Assembly: GCA_951406725.2 (NCBI GenBank)
Contig: OX597838.1
Coordinates: 19,468,001-19,532,000, forward strand
DNA length: 64,000 nucleotides
DNA from: Octopus vulgaris
Taxonomy: Eukaryota
Direction: 5' to 3'
Shown: positions 13,997 to 26,683 of the stretch, piece by piece
How positions within the stretch are numbered: position 1 is the stretch's first letter
How the letters are laid out: each line of letters begins with the position of its first letter
Notes under the pieces: model-generated
The model's database searches: none
The model's input: the letters and a program-made list of their open reading frames with translations, nothing else
Told to the model about the DNA's origin: nothing
Program-made: the position numbers and the translations under genes

Positions 13997-14384
13997 AGGA
14001 GTGGCGGTGTGGTAAGTAGCTTGCTTACCAACCACAAGGTGTCACGCAGTGACACCTTGGGCAAGTGTCTTCTACTATAGCCTCGGGCCGACCAAATCCT
14101 TGTGAGTGGATTTGGTAGACGGAAACTGAAAGAAGCCCGTCGTATATATGTATATATAAATATTTGTGTGTGTGTGTTTGTGTGTGTGTGTTTGTCCCAC
14201 CCCCCACCGCCCCAACATCGCTTGACAACCGATGCTGGTGTGTTTACGTCCCCGTAACTTAGCGGTTCGGCAAAATAGACCGGTAGAATAAGTACTAGGC
14301 TTACAAAGAATAAGTCCTGTGGTCGATTTGCTCGACTAAAGGTGGTGCTCCAGCATGGCCGCAGTCAAATTACTGAAACAAGTA
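13996..14384 (+). mobile_element. SINE family B
   Basis: Near full-length match to 42140-42586. Confidence 0.9.
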
Positions 14385-14404
14385 ATATATATATATATAT
14401 ATAT

Positions 14405-14699
14405 AAATTAGAGAAGAACCACTATGTAGCAATCCAACAATGATATATTTAAATCATCCCATATAGAAAAAAATTAAAGATAAGATAAAACATTTACCAA
14501 GAACTAAATAAAGTACGAAATACTAAATAAATAGTATATAATTACCCTAACCCTAACTCTAATTATATACTATTTATTTATTATTTCGTACTTTATTTAG
14601 TTCTAGGTAAATGTTTTATCTTATCTTTAATTTTTTTCTATATGGGATGATTTAAGTATATCATTGTTGGATTGCTACATGGTGGTTCTTCTCTAATTT
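14405..14699. repeat. Fold-back element: 140-bp inverted arms with a 15-nt loop CCCTAACCCTAACTC
   Basis: 14405-14544 is the reverse complement of 14560-14699 with about 4 mismatches. Confidence 0.9.
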
Positions 14700-14744
14700 G
14701 TGTGTGTGTGTACATATATATATAGAGATATTCGTACAGAGAAC

Positions 14745-15135
14745 GATAGCAAGACCACGGGGCACTAGGATATGTATAACGAACTGCCAATACCACAATC
14801 TTGAGAAATTAGGCTTTCCAAAATTAGTAAGGAGGAAGCTAATTCGAAGATTCCTGATTCAAGCCATCAATGGAACTGTAAAAATTTGTAAAACTCACCA
14901 GACGTTTAGCATTTAAGTATACATGGAGATGTCTAGACATGCAGCTATATGCATGAGAATACATACGTAAAACAAAACGTACAAATCTGGACATGCTCTA
15001 CTCTGGATATATACACAAATATGCATAAATACTCTGTTGGTGTTGTTAAAATTCCAATGAAAGAGCCTTGGATCTATGTTAGAAAACAGCTTACACTATT
15101 AGTAAGAAATCTTGAAATAAAACTGAATAATGACA
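14745..15135 (+). mobile_element. RLE-type non-LTR retrotransposon (R4/NeSL-like) C-terminus and 3' UTR remnant
   Basis: GALGYV, frameshift, then NLEKLGFPKLVRRKLIRRFLIQAINGTVKICKTHQTF*, resembling the GALG...LG...GTxKI end of RLE elements. Confidence 0.5.
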
Positions 15136-15726
15136 TAGATAAAAGCATATACGATGGGCTACTGGGAAGTTTCTGGTTTTGGGTAAAAGAAAATATAGAA
15201 ACATCAGCTAATTATGATTTTATTCAACATATCCCCCTCTCAGATTCACACACTTATCTATAGTAGCAGTCCTTCAGTTTTTTCTAAGCCCTGTAAAAGA
15301 ACTCGGAAGGTTGGACTTCCAGCCAAGGTCTATTTAATGCTTCGAGGAAGAAAAAGAAGTTCGACGTTTCGGAACAGAAACTTTTATCAGAAAGACAACG
15401 GGCGAATTGGTGTTGATACATAAATATATTTGGATTCACGAAGAGAGAGAACGCGTGGGAGAGAGAGAGGGGGAATTATCACTAATCCTTCAACACCAGT
15501 TGACATCTCATAGCTGTCTGATGAAATGCTTTGCCCACGAAACATTAAACTCCGCTTCTAAACTGCATGGAACATATTTAACTGTTTCAATCATATAGAT
15601 ACATACTACACACAAACCCACATATATATACCAATGATCCTTTTATGCTTAAATACATACATATATGCATGTTGGAATTATTATATTTTTACGAGGTCTA
15701 GACAGGCATCTGCAGCTAGCAAGCCA

Positions 15727-15778
15727 TGCTACTCCAGACTGATGACGAGCAAGACTCAGAAACTAGTCTCTGGATGCA
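15727..15778 (+). ncRNA. Type I hammerhead ribozyme candidate
   Basis: Stem I TCCAGA/TCTGGA; core CTGATGA 15739-15745; stem II GAG-CAAGA-CTC flanked by C/A; GAAA; palindromic ACTAGT stem III; GUC site, predicted cut after 15768. Confidence 0.65.
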
Positions 15779-15984
15779 AGCTTAGCTGGGTGAGGGTGCT
15801 TGTCTCTCCCTTGCAAACATAAGGACACCGGAAATGTGACAAGGCCGACAGGAAGCGTTGATGCTTCCTAGGGCTAAATAGCGGTGGTGTGATTCCCTTC
15901 ATGGGATTGTCACATTAAGTTGACAGTATACAACTACTCTGTCGTACCACCACTGCTTATGTCTCTCTGAGATATTTAGAAATG

Positions 15985-16045
<61 letters not shown>

Positions 16046-16051
16046 TATATA

Positions 16052-16321
16052 TTAAGGCTGCCCCCTCGTTATCGAGCATGACCATTGCACGAAGCTTAAC
16101 TGTTACTGGTGCTGTGATCGAATGTGACTTTTTAGCCCAGCCAAAGATCTACAATGCCTTGTACAAAATTGGCAACTAAAACCTTTACTGGTAATAGCCG
16201 GGTGTAGTTGTAACTGGGCTTCATGTACCTTTGCATGTCGTTTAAGTCCTCCTGCCGAATTACACTCTCTTCCACATGCCCGACATGAAACAGGGGGATA
16301 TTCTGGCACCGACCCTATTAT

Positions 16322-16322
<1 letters not shown>
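16052..16322 (-). mobile_element. 5'-truncated RTE-like LINE 3' end with two C2H2 fingers
   Basis: CRACGRECNSAGGLKRHAKVH and CQFCTRHCRSLAGLKSHIRSQH*, UTR GGTCATGCTCGATAACGAGGGGGCAGCC; (TA)n on both sides. Confidence 0.7.
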
Positions 16323-16372
<50 letters not shown>

Positions 16373-17080
16373 TATATATATATATGCATGTATATATAAA
16401 TATGTTTATATATACATAAACTATATATATTATCTGTGTATTCACATATATAGTTTATTTACAATTTTCAGACAGGCGCAGACTGTAGAAGTGTTTCCAA
16501 AGGTAAACATCAGGATTATCTTATTCCAACTGAATCAAACACACACATACATGCGCACGCACACACACAAAATGAAGTTTCAATTATTCAAAAGCCAATA
16601 CAAATTAAATTGTTGTTTTGTCTTCCCTCTCTTGTCACTCCTATATTTCAAATTGTATCGTACTAACTTTCGAGCAATTTTTAACTTTAAGTATCGCACA
16701 CAATACTTCACTCAACTACACTACGCCAATATGTGAGCGTGCGTGCATGTATGTGTGTGCGTGTGTGTGTGTGTGTGTATTATGTCTGTTTTTAAGTATA
16801 GTTGTACTTAAACTTTATTTGAAAGATCATTCAATACACTGAAGTAGAGTATCATTTATATATTTTTTTATAGAAAGTAAAAGTTGAAGGTGACTTCGAA
16901 GATTCGCCATTCAATTGTTTTCGTCAGTCTGACGAAGTCAACGACCGGCGAGAAAAATTTTCAGGTTTTTCCTTGTATAAATATCTATACATGTATTATG
17001 TGTGAGTGTATATATGTATGTGTGTACGTATATATATATATAAACAATTATACGTACACATATATGTTTGTGTGTGTCTG

Positions 17081-17117
<37 letters not shown>

Positions 17118-17175
17118 ATATATATATATATATATAGGTTAAGATCGAACAGTGAGGAGGAGTGTTCAACATACA

Positions 17176-17260
17176 TTCGTGGATTAAGCAGATTACCATT
17201 GGTTTCATGTTAAGAGAGATAACTCTGCATGAAACCAATGGTAGCCTGGTTAACCACGAA
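17176..17260. other. 85-nt long hairpin in a short (TA)n-flanked insert
   Basis: TTCGTGG-ATTAA-CAG-TTACCATTGGTTTCATG pairs with CATGAAACCAATGGTAG-CTG-TTAA-CCACGAA. Confidence 0.75.
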
Positions 17261-17293
<33 letters not shown>

Positions 17294-17399
17294 ACAGAGA
17301 GTACACTATATATATACACACACATATTCGTATGTGTATACACATACATATACGTATGTATTATATGTATATGTATATATATATACCTCGATATTCGCC

Positions 17400-17453
<54 letters not shown>

Positions 17454-17591
17454 ATAGAGGCTACAGCTGTTTAATGTCAATATTACTTGCAGCCACTATT
17501 ATTATTGTTGCTATTATTATCAATCATATAAATTTACCAATAATAATATCTTTACGACTATACACACGCACACACACACACATATATATAT

Positions 17592-17655
<64 letters not shown>

Positions 17656-17755
17656 ATTCTGTAGAGGAATATATATAGATAATGTATGTGTCTGTGTGTA
17701 GGTATGTATCTAAGCATGTATCACAAAGAATGAAGACACAAGATATGAAAGGTGG

Positions 17756-17789
<34 letters not shown>

Positions 17790-18323
17790 CTACATGTTTG
17801 CATCAATTCGTATGCTCAGCATTATACAATACAACTGCATATTCACATACTGATGCAAATACAGAAAGCTAACTCATCAGGTTAGCGGAAATATCTATTG
17901 TTCGGATATCCTGGATTTCCGTTTACATATTACATTATATACTGCACGGTAATTGCTTAATACGTAAACTGATAGCCGACTGCGAAGGAGGAGCTTACTG
18001 TGAATGCTGCTTGATTCTCTGGGTGCAACTATTCTACTACTCTTTAACATACATGTGTGTGTGCGTACCCATGTTTTAATGAATTTAAATTGGGTACAAA
18101 CTGTTAATGCCCAATTTTTTTTCCCCTTGACTTCTTAAAATTCTTTCTTTTTTTTTTTTCAATATTTCATAAGATCGATACATCGAAACCGGTTACATTT
18201 GAAATCACTCACTGCAACAAAAAATATTAAACATTCTCTAGAATATATTTTTGTGCCTTTTTCAACTTAATTTACTTTTTTTAACCATAATTTTTTAAAT
18301 TGTATGGACCCCTAACTACTTTG

Positions 18324-18392
<69 letters not shown>

Positions 18393-18593
18393 AGATGAGG
18401 ATACAATCATAAAATGGTTGGATTATCCAATATTTATGAATTTTCTTGTTCATTCCTCCGCTTTCGTACCCGTGGTTGAATATAGAGAACAACTTGTAGA
18501 GTGGATTGAAGGTATTCGACACCTATTTCTAGCATTGGTGCTGGTCATTCCCAGTAGCCCTTAACTGTAATTATATCTTTACAATTATATTCG

Positions 18594-18677
<84 letters not shown>

Positions 18678-19191
18678 CATATATATGTATATATATATAT
18701 GTGTGTGTGTGTATATATATATATATAACATTACGCTCATATACACTACTATATTTTTGTTCGCACATATATATACATATATACAAACCAACATGTTTTA
18801 TACATGTTAACAAGTTCCTTAACGTGAAAAGTGAATGGATAGGGTTGGGTATATAAACATATACACATGGCTTCGCGTATAACATCTTTCTGAATTTATA
18901 TACATATATATATACATATATATACACACATACACCTACATCTCTCTTCCCCATTGATATTCCTTTCGATGTATGTTTACATAAACACAATAAACACACA
19001 TATGTCACGTTTTTGTGTGTCTATATGCCTATAGGAAACACTTTTTGTTTATGTAAATAAATTATAGTTGTATGTGTGTGTGTGTGTTTGTGCTCATGAT
19101 TATAAAAAAAAACTTATGAAGAAATGTGTTTGTATTGAATGATCTATCGTATTTATATGGTAGATCACCCGAAGAATTCATCACTCTAGAT

Positions 19192-19310
19192 CAGTTATGG
19201 CCAACCTGTGGCCCGTGAGACTTTCTGAATGGCACGTCTGAGGAAATATTACCTTGAAAAATCTTAGTAATGCGGCCTGCTTTACGAATAGCCATGTTTT
19301 TCGAGAAGTA
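19192..19310 (+). mobile_element. hAT MITE left-end remnant
   Basis: CAGTTATGGCCAACCTGTGGCCCG preceded by CTCTAGAT; no clear right TIR. Confidence 0.45.
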
Positions 19311-19565
19311 GGCCGTTTCATGTTTGAAGCTCCGATGAAGCTATAAGGTGAAACTCAAGCACTCAACTATGGGTGCATTGCAATTTATAGCAGAAATAGC
19401 TGCAAGCCAATGAAGTTCATAACATAACCGTTTATTCCTTTGTCATCCCAAACTCTTATACACACACACACATATTATATATATATATAGAGAGAGAGAG
19501 GGGGGTGAAAGAGAGGGAGAGACAGACAGACAGACAGACAGAGAGACAGAGATACAGAGAGAGAG

Positions 19566-19949
19566 AGAGCAATAAGAAAATGGAGGGGATCAATAAGTGG
19601 TATTCATCAACTTTTAGACATTATATTATGTCAATTTCTTTATTTATTTACTAAAAGGCCAATTATAACAATATACATACATGTATAACATATTATGCTT
19701 TACGTATATAATATATAAAGATTGTCTAAAAGTTGAATAAATACCACCTATTGACCCCCTCCATTTTCTTATTGCTCTATAAATTAATGGTAAAATAATT
19801 CTTTACCCTCACCCATTTATTACACTCGGTAATGTAATTGCAATGCAATAAAAAACACTTGTGTATTAATAATTGGGTATTCTACCAACAGTATATTGGA
19901 TAGATATTATCCCTTAGTTGGTTGGATTCACAACCTCTCACTTTTTTGG

Positions 19950-19950
<1 letters not shown>
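19566..19950. mobile_element. Element with an internal 55-bp inverted repeat (19566-19620 / 19723-19778) and a terminus related to 54281-54345
   Basis: AGAGCAATAAGAAAATGGAGGG...CTTTTAGACA is inverted; reverse complement of 19891-19950 aligns to 54285-54342. Confidence 0.6.
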
Positions 19951-20007
<57 letters not shown>

Positions 20008-20009
20008 CT

Positions 20010-20200
20010 TTATGAAAATAAACAAAAGACGAAGGCAGGTTTACGGAAATAAACAAAAGACGAAGGCAGGTGGAATACAAACAAACAATTGTATTAGTAT
20101 GGCGCTCAGGAATATAAATAAAACAAGTCTTTTACGTTTCGAGCCTACGCTCTTCAACAGAAAGATACACAGAAAGGAAACACAGAAAGAAGGACACATA
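20010..20200 (-). mobile_element. Penelope-like terminal-repeat fragment with minimal HHR variant (20129-20164)
   Basis: Reverse complement CTTT-CTGTTGA-A-GAGC-GTAG-GCTC-GAAA-CG-TA-AAAG; homologous to 39540-39715. Confidence 0.55.
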
Positions 20201-20623
20201 TATATATATTATATATATGGTATATATATACATGCATATATATATTATATATATAGTATGTAAGCATGTAGGTGTGCGCGCGCGTCTTTGTGCTTGTCCC
20301 CACGACGACGACGACCACCACCACCACCACCACCACCACCACTTAACAGATGGCGTTGGTTTGTTTACGTCTTCGTAAATTAGCAGTTCGACAAAAGAGA
20401 CAGATGAAATAAGCACCAGATTTTAAGAAATACAAACTGGAGTTGATCTGTGGTGCCCCGGCATGGCCGCAGTCCAATGACCGAAATAAATTAAAAAGGT
20501 AGAGTTATATCACACGGGAATCGATTTATGATGTTACGATGCATGCCCTAATTACAGTTAAGTGCATGCCGGGTGAACTGGGAGTGAGGTTCCGTAGGTG
20601 TAGCAAGCTAGGGTAACGATTCT

Positions 20624-20681
<58 letters not shown>

Positions 20682-20683
<2 letters not shown>

Positions 20684-21109
20684 CGATCTTCCGTCTCTAG
20701 TATACCTTTCCGTCGATTTCCGTAAAAAAAATTTTTTTTTTTACATATGGGCTTGCGGGAACTTTTGAAGTAATATACATACATATACACATACACCGAG
20801 TAAAAAATTTCAGTTATCTCTTTCTTTCACACATTACTCTGTCTCTTCACACACACTAACAGAAGCACTTCACTTACACAACATACTGTCTGTCTCCCAC
20901 ACCCCATCAAACACACACACACACACACACATGTCCATCAATGCTCCCATGCACGGTAACTTCAAAAGAACTTCCCTCGTCATACAATCGCTTTCTCTTT
21001 GTCTCTTTCGCTCTCATTACTTCAAAAGTTCCCGCAAGCCCATATGTAAAAAAAAATAAATTTTTTTACGGAAATCGACGGAAAAGTCTACTAGAGACGA
21101 AAGATCGCC
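20682..21109. mobile_element. MITE with about 93-bp TIRs (GGCGATCTT...AAGATCGCC)
   Basis: 20682-20774 is the reverse complement of 21016-21109; embedded in (TA)n. Confidence 0.9.
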
Positions 21110-21359
21110 ATATATATATATATAAATGCCTCTGTGTGTGCGTTTGTTTTGTTGAATTGTCACAACATAAAAGTACAAGAGAGGAGGCGGTGGTGGGAAA
21201 TATGGCGGCATGGTCAGTCAGTTGGTCGATCGATAAGATATGGCTAGTTTGCATATTTGTTACAGGTTCGTTTGTTTACTAAGTGGCGCGGGATTCGATC
21301 GCAGAACAAACGGACTACGGAGTGACTTACAAACAGCAACGATGTCGTCGACAACGACA

Positions 21360-21360
21360 G

Positions 21361-21412
<52 letters not shown>

Positions 21413-21449
21413 GGTGGTGGTGGTGGTGGTGGTGGTGGTGGTGGTGGTG
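21360..21449. repeat. Compound (TGA)n(TGG)n microsatellite
   Basis: Directly visible. Confidence 0.95.
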
Positions 21450-21924
21450 ATTCTTTTTAATTTTGGCACGAGGCCAGCAACTTTGAGGTGGAGGGTGCCA
21501 GTCGGTAACATCAACTTCCACTCCACCCTACCACTGGTTGATGTAACCGAGTTGCTGTTTTTATTTTATTTCATCGAGTGCAAAAAGGATGGAAAAGGTA
21601 ACGCTGACCTCGGCAGGATTTGAACTCAAAACATCGAAGGTAGAAATAATGATAATGATTTCTTTGTTTACAGCCACAAGGGAGAAGGACAAGAGACGGA
21701 CAAAACAGAGACAGGTTATAAAATGTGTGAGTGGTTTTACAAAGAAATTTAACGGAATATGATGATATATCAACAGTGTACAAAATATGGTAACGCACCA
21801 CCAAGGAAAGCCCACAGGTTCGAAATGGCTCCGATTACTAAATACAAGTCCCCTCTCTTGGGTGTCCCCACCAACCCGGCCTACTACGAGTAGGTTCATG
21901 TATTCGGCTATGTATTTCAACGGA

Positions 21925-22137
21925 GTGCTGGCAGTTGGCGAAATGCGTGGCCGTATTTCGTCTACCGTTACGTTCTGAGTTCAAATTCCGCTGAGGTTGA
22001 CTTTGCCTTTTATCCTTACGGGGTCGATAAATTAAGTACCAGTTACGCACTGGGGTCGATATAATCGACTTAATCCGTTTGTCTGTCCTTGTTTGTCCCC
22101 TCTGTGTTTAGCCCCTTGTGGGTAGTAAAGAAATAGG
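21925..22137 (+). mobile_element. SINE family A, head decayed
   Basis: B box, central domain and standard tail present. Confidence 0.85.
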
Positions 22138-23269
22138 TTAGGTATTTCAATCTCGTTCTATCTTTCCGGACATTTAATGGAGCGGGTCACATCCTCCTCT
22201 TCATCCATTCTTTCTTCTTCAAGTGGAACTTGCAAAAAGTCGATGTGGTCTTGGGGCGAATAAGAGTTTGTCCTCAATCCTTTCAGTTGCTGTCCAGCAC
22301 TTAAGAATTGTCGCCATAGCCATTAGGCAGGAAAACGGTCTGCTCTTTCCAGAGGAAAGTAGGACGGATCCGGTTTATCGGCAGAGTCCATCACAATGGA
22401 TTCGTCCTGCATTCGACAACAGCGGTTCGACGGAACTCAACAAGTCAGCGGATATTCAGACAACGAACGAATTGTATGAGTAACAGTTTCGTCTCGCTAA
22501 CCACATCTTGTATAGGCAATGGCACCCACGCCATCCCACACGTAGCATTTACCAGGTCAAAGATTTCTGGAAGTTATCCATAGTTGCCAATCTGAAAGTT
22601 CTCCGACAGTTAATTATTGTCCAAGTCTCATTAGGCCGAGAGCGTCTTCGTTCTTTTTCCATTGCTAAGCTCTCTGGAGACAGCTAACGTGGAAAATCCA
22701 CGGATCACATTAGCCGACTGACAGAGGGCAGACAACATCACACCGAGCTATGTAAAGTAATAGCCAGTAATCTCTGCACAACAGTAACGATTTACACCCG
22801 ACTCCACAACTGAGAACTTCTTTTTTCTTCAAAAGCACGCACGCATACACAGACACACACACACACAAACAAACACGCACACACACATACAATGTCGCGT
22901 ACACGTATGTACGCCACACGCCGTACGTGTGTCTTTGTCGCTGTGCTTAATGTTTACTGATGTAAACCAATCTGGAATGGGAAGAGCTTGCTTGCCTTAA
23001 AGAAATCTAAGCATCTCGATAAATGGTACCCGATTAAAATAGATTCAGGGACCGACATGATCGAATAACCCTTTAACATGTTAAACCACCATGGCTGCAT
23101 ACAATGACAAACCGGTGAAAGAAATATGTATGTATGTATGGATGGACGGACGAGTGGGTGTATGGATGAATGAAATGATGGATGGATGGATGGATTTTTG
23201 CTTGTATGTATGTTTGTATTTACATATTTTTGTTTGTGTGTATGTTTGTATATTATGCATACATGTACG

Positions 23270-23402
23270 CATGTATTGTATGTATGTATGTATGTATGTA
23301 TGTATGTATGTGTGTGTGTATGTTTGTATGTATGTATGTATGTATATGTGTGTGTGTGTATGTGTATGTATGTATGTGTGTGTGTATGTATGTATGTATG
23401 TA

Positions 23403-23433
<31 letters not shown>

Positions 23434-23786
23434 ATGTATGCATGCATGTATGTATGTATGTATGTATGTATGTATGTATGTATGTATGTATGTATGTATG
23501 TATGTATGTGTGTATGTATGTATGTATGTATGTATGTATGTATGTATGTATGTATGTATGTGTGTATGTATGCATGCATGTATGTATGTATGTATGTATA
23601 TATGTGTGTATGTATGTATGTATGTATGTATGTATGTATGTATGTATGTATGTATGTATGTATGTATGTATGTATGTGTGTATGTATGTATGTATGTGTG
23701 TATGTATGTATGTATGTATGTGTGTATGTATGTATGCATGTATGTATGTGTGTATGTATGTATGTATGTATGTATGTATGTATGTA
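23270..23786. repeat. (TGTA)n/(TG)n microsatellite tract
   Basis: About 500 bp tract. Confidence 0.95.
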
Positions 23787-23819
23787 TTAACGTGTGTGTA
23801 TGTATACAGGTGTTTGTAT

Positions 23820-24260
23820 GCACATACGTTTGTTTTTTACAGAGTATGTTTGAGTGTATGCTTGTAAGAATGTATAAATGTGTGTGTATGTATACAGGTA
23901 TGCTTGTATGCGTGCAGGTATGTTTGTAAGTATATACGTTTGTTTTTTACAGAGTATGTTTGAATGTATGTTTATAAGAATGTGTGTATGTATGCAGGTA
24001 TGCTTGTATGCATATATGTTTGTTTTTTACCGAACATGTCTGAATGTATGTCTGTAAGAATCTATAAATGTGTGTGTATGTATGCAGGTATGCTTGTATG
24101 CATATACGTTTGTCTTTTTACTGAGTATGCTTGAATGTATGTCTGTAAGGATGTATAAATGTGCGAGTATGTATATACAGGCATGTTTGTAGGCATATAC
24201 ATTTGGGTTTTTTACCGAATATTTTTGAACGTATGTTTGTAAGTATGTATAGATGTGAGT
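23820..24260. repeat. Degenerate 80-110 bp minisatellite, about 5 units
   Basis: GTTTGTTTTTTAC...GAGTATG...GTAAGAATGTATAAATGTG...CAGGTATGCTTGTATGC recurs at about 23828, 23938, 24018, 24108 and 24200. Confidence 0.75.
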
Positions 24261-24479
24261 GTACGATTTGTATATCAAGCAACAGGTTCAATGCCTGTAA
24301 GAAAGAAAAGAGAACAGTCGAAGAAAGAGAGGAAGAGAAGGTGGGGAGAAAAACAGACAAGCTGGCATAAACATAGATACATACAGACAGACGGTAAACG
24401 GGACGAGGTAGAAAGGCAGGCAGACAGGCAACGAGATAGACACGCGCGAGCACGCAGACATCTTTTCCTTTCTTTTCAT

Positions 24480-24699
24480 CTTTCACTTGCCTTGATTCGT
24501 TGGACCGCGGCCAAGCTGGAGCACCGCCTTGAATGGTTTTTTTAGTCGAAGGAATTGACCCCTGTACTTCTTTTTTTTTTTTTTAAAGCCTTGTGCTTAT
24601 TCTATGGCCTGTGTTCTGAACCGCTAAATTACGGGAACGTAAACAAACCAACATCGGTGGTGGGGGACAAGCACAAACACGCACACACACACACATATT

Positions 24700-24739
<40 letters not shown>

Positions 24740-24788
24740 AATATGTATACCTATGTCTGTCTGTATATGAATTTTTGTGTGCGTGTAC

Positions 24789-24852
<64 letters not shown>

Positions 24853-25262
24853 CATTCTTGATCATGGTTCTGCTCGATCAGAGCTAACCTGCAGCTAAGC
24901 AAGACGTGAAGGTCATGCTTGGAATGAAACCGACTCGGCGTTAAGCATCATTGAGACGCAATTGCCACGACTAATCGTTCAAGACTGATGGTCACGGTTA
25001 GTAGAATACGAGTCATCAAGTCTAATGAATATATATATATACATATATATATACACACACAGACATACAAACATACACACACGCACACACACACATACAC
25101 ACACACATATATATACGACGGGCTTCTTTCAGTTTCCGCCTACCAAATCCACTTACAAGGCTATAGTAGAAGACATTTGCCCAAGGTACCACGCAGTGGG
25201 AATGAACCCGGAACCATGTGGTTGGTAAGCAAGCTACTTACCACACAGCTACTCCTGCGCCT
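24480..25262 (-). mobile_element. SINE family B fragments (3' half 24480-24690; 5' half 25115-25262)
   Basis: Reverse-complement matches to family B tail and head. Confidence 0.7.
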
Positions 25263-25341
25263 ATACATATATATGTGTGTGTGTGTATATGTGTGTGTAT
25301 ATATATATATATGTGTGTGTGTGAGTATATATATGAGTGAG

Positions 25342-25396
<55 letters not shown>

Positions 25397-26612
25397 ATAT
25401 AGATAGATAAATAGATGCATACATACACACACACATACATACATACATACATATACACATACACACACACATACATACATACATACATACATACATGTAT
25501 TTATAAGAGACAGGTTGTGTAAATATATATATGTACGAATTAAATTGATGAAATTTGCAGCATATTACTGGTATACAGTTTTGGCTGACTTGGTAGCTGA
25601 TTATTTTCGTTGTAGATTTATTTAAACGTTGTCACTTTCTCACATACTGAAAAATGTATTTGTTAGTCTACGTGTGTGTGTGTGTAAAACAGATACACAC
25701 ACAGACACACATTTGAGAACTTCAGCAAAAGTTCGAATCACAGCCAAGACTTTTTTCTTCCCTAACTTGTTAAGTTTAGTCTGGGAGACGGGGGCTTCAC
25801 ACATCCTGTGGGACCGGTGAAATAGATGCCGTTAACGTGCTACATAAACTGTCGACTGCATAAAATAAACATGTTTAGAGTAAGAACACCAGAGGACTAA
25901 TGTCCTGGGTAGAAAAGGACTGGAATTAGTTCGTGGTTGAAGTGGCTGTTGTTGGAGGTGGTGGTGGTGGTGGTGGGGGATACAATATGTTTGATGAAAG
26001 GAGGAGGGATGAGTAAAGGAAAGAGTGCTTGAGTAGAAGGGACAGGAATCCAGCTAAAGATCCGAAGAAGAAGAGCAGAGGACATACTAATTAAGCTGTA
26101 GGAAAGTCAAACAAGAGACAGCGTGTAAGTGGGCCAGAGGTTAGAAGTGTGTTTGCGAATGACCGGACATTCTATGGACGTTGTCCAACATGTGTGTATG
26201 GAAGTAGAAAAACGGAAGAAAAAAAAGAAAAGAAAAAAAAGCAACGTAGGACTCGTATCTAAACTAAGAAACCAAAATACAAAGCAGACAACTCAAAACC
26301 ACTCGACAGATTTTATTCGTGGGAGTACGTGACTGTACGGCCTCTTAGAGAAATCTTACATGGTGGAACAAGACTGTTTTCGGGGTGCCCCGCGGGTAGA
26401 TAGATGGGTTTCCCAAAATCGAAGTGAGCTATTGCCTCTTCTTTTCACAGCTCACCACCTTGGGTCTCCGGGATGCTGACCAGTGTACTGAAAACCCCCA
26501 TTTATAACCATATCTCTTGGTTAACAGAAAGGTTAATAACCGTTTCGTTGCCAGGGATGAAAAATAAAGTGAGAAATAATAAATTGTAATTCAAAAACAA
26601 AGCGGCATATTT

Positions 26613-26683
<71 letters not shown>

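Noticed and set aside
16103-16309. Host C2H2 zinc-finger gene
   Set aside because: No TGEKP linkers or splice context; bounded by TA runs and followed by a LINE-type 3' tail.
16890-16960. Hammerhead at CTGACGA (about 16929)
   Set aside because: No properly placed GAAA, stem III or stem I; only a short inverted repeat TGACTTCG/CGAAGTCA.
21240-21623. Poly-Met/Val or poly-His protein, and a YY1-like ATATGGCGGC promoter motif nearby
   Set aside because: Trinucleotide microsatellite; a single short motif is insufficient evidence for a promoter.
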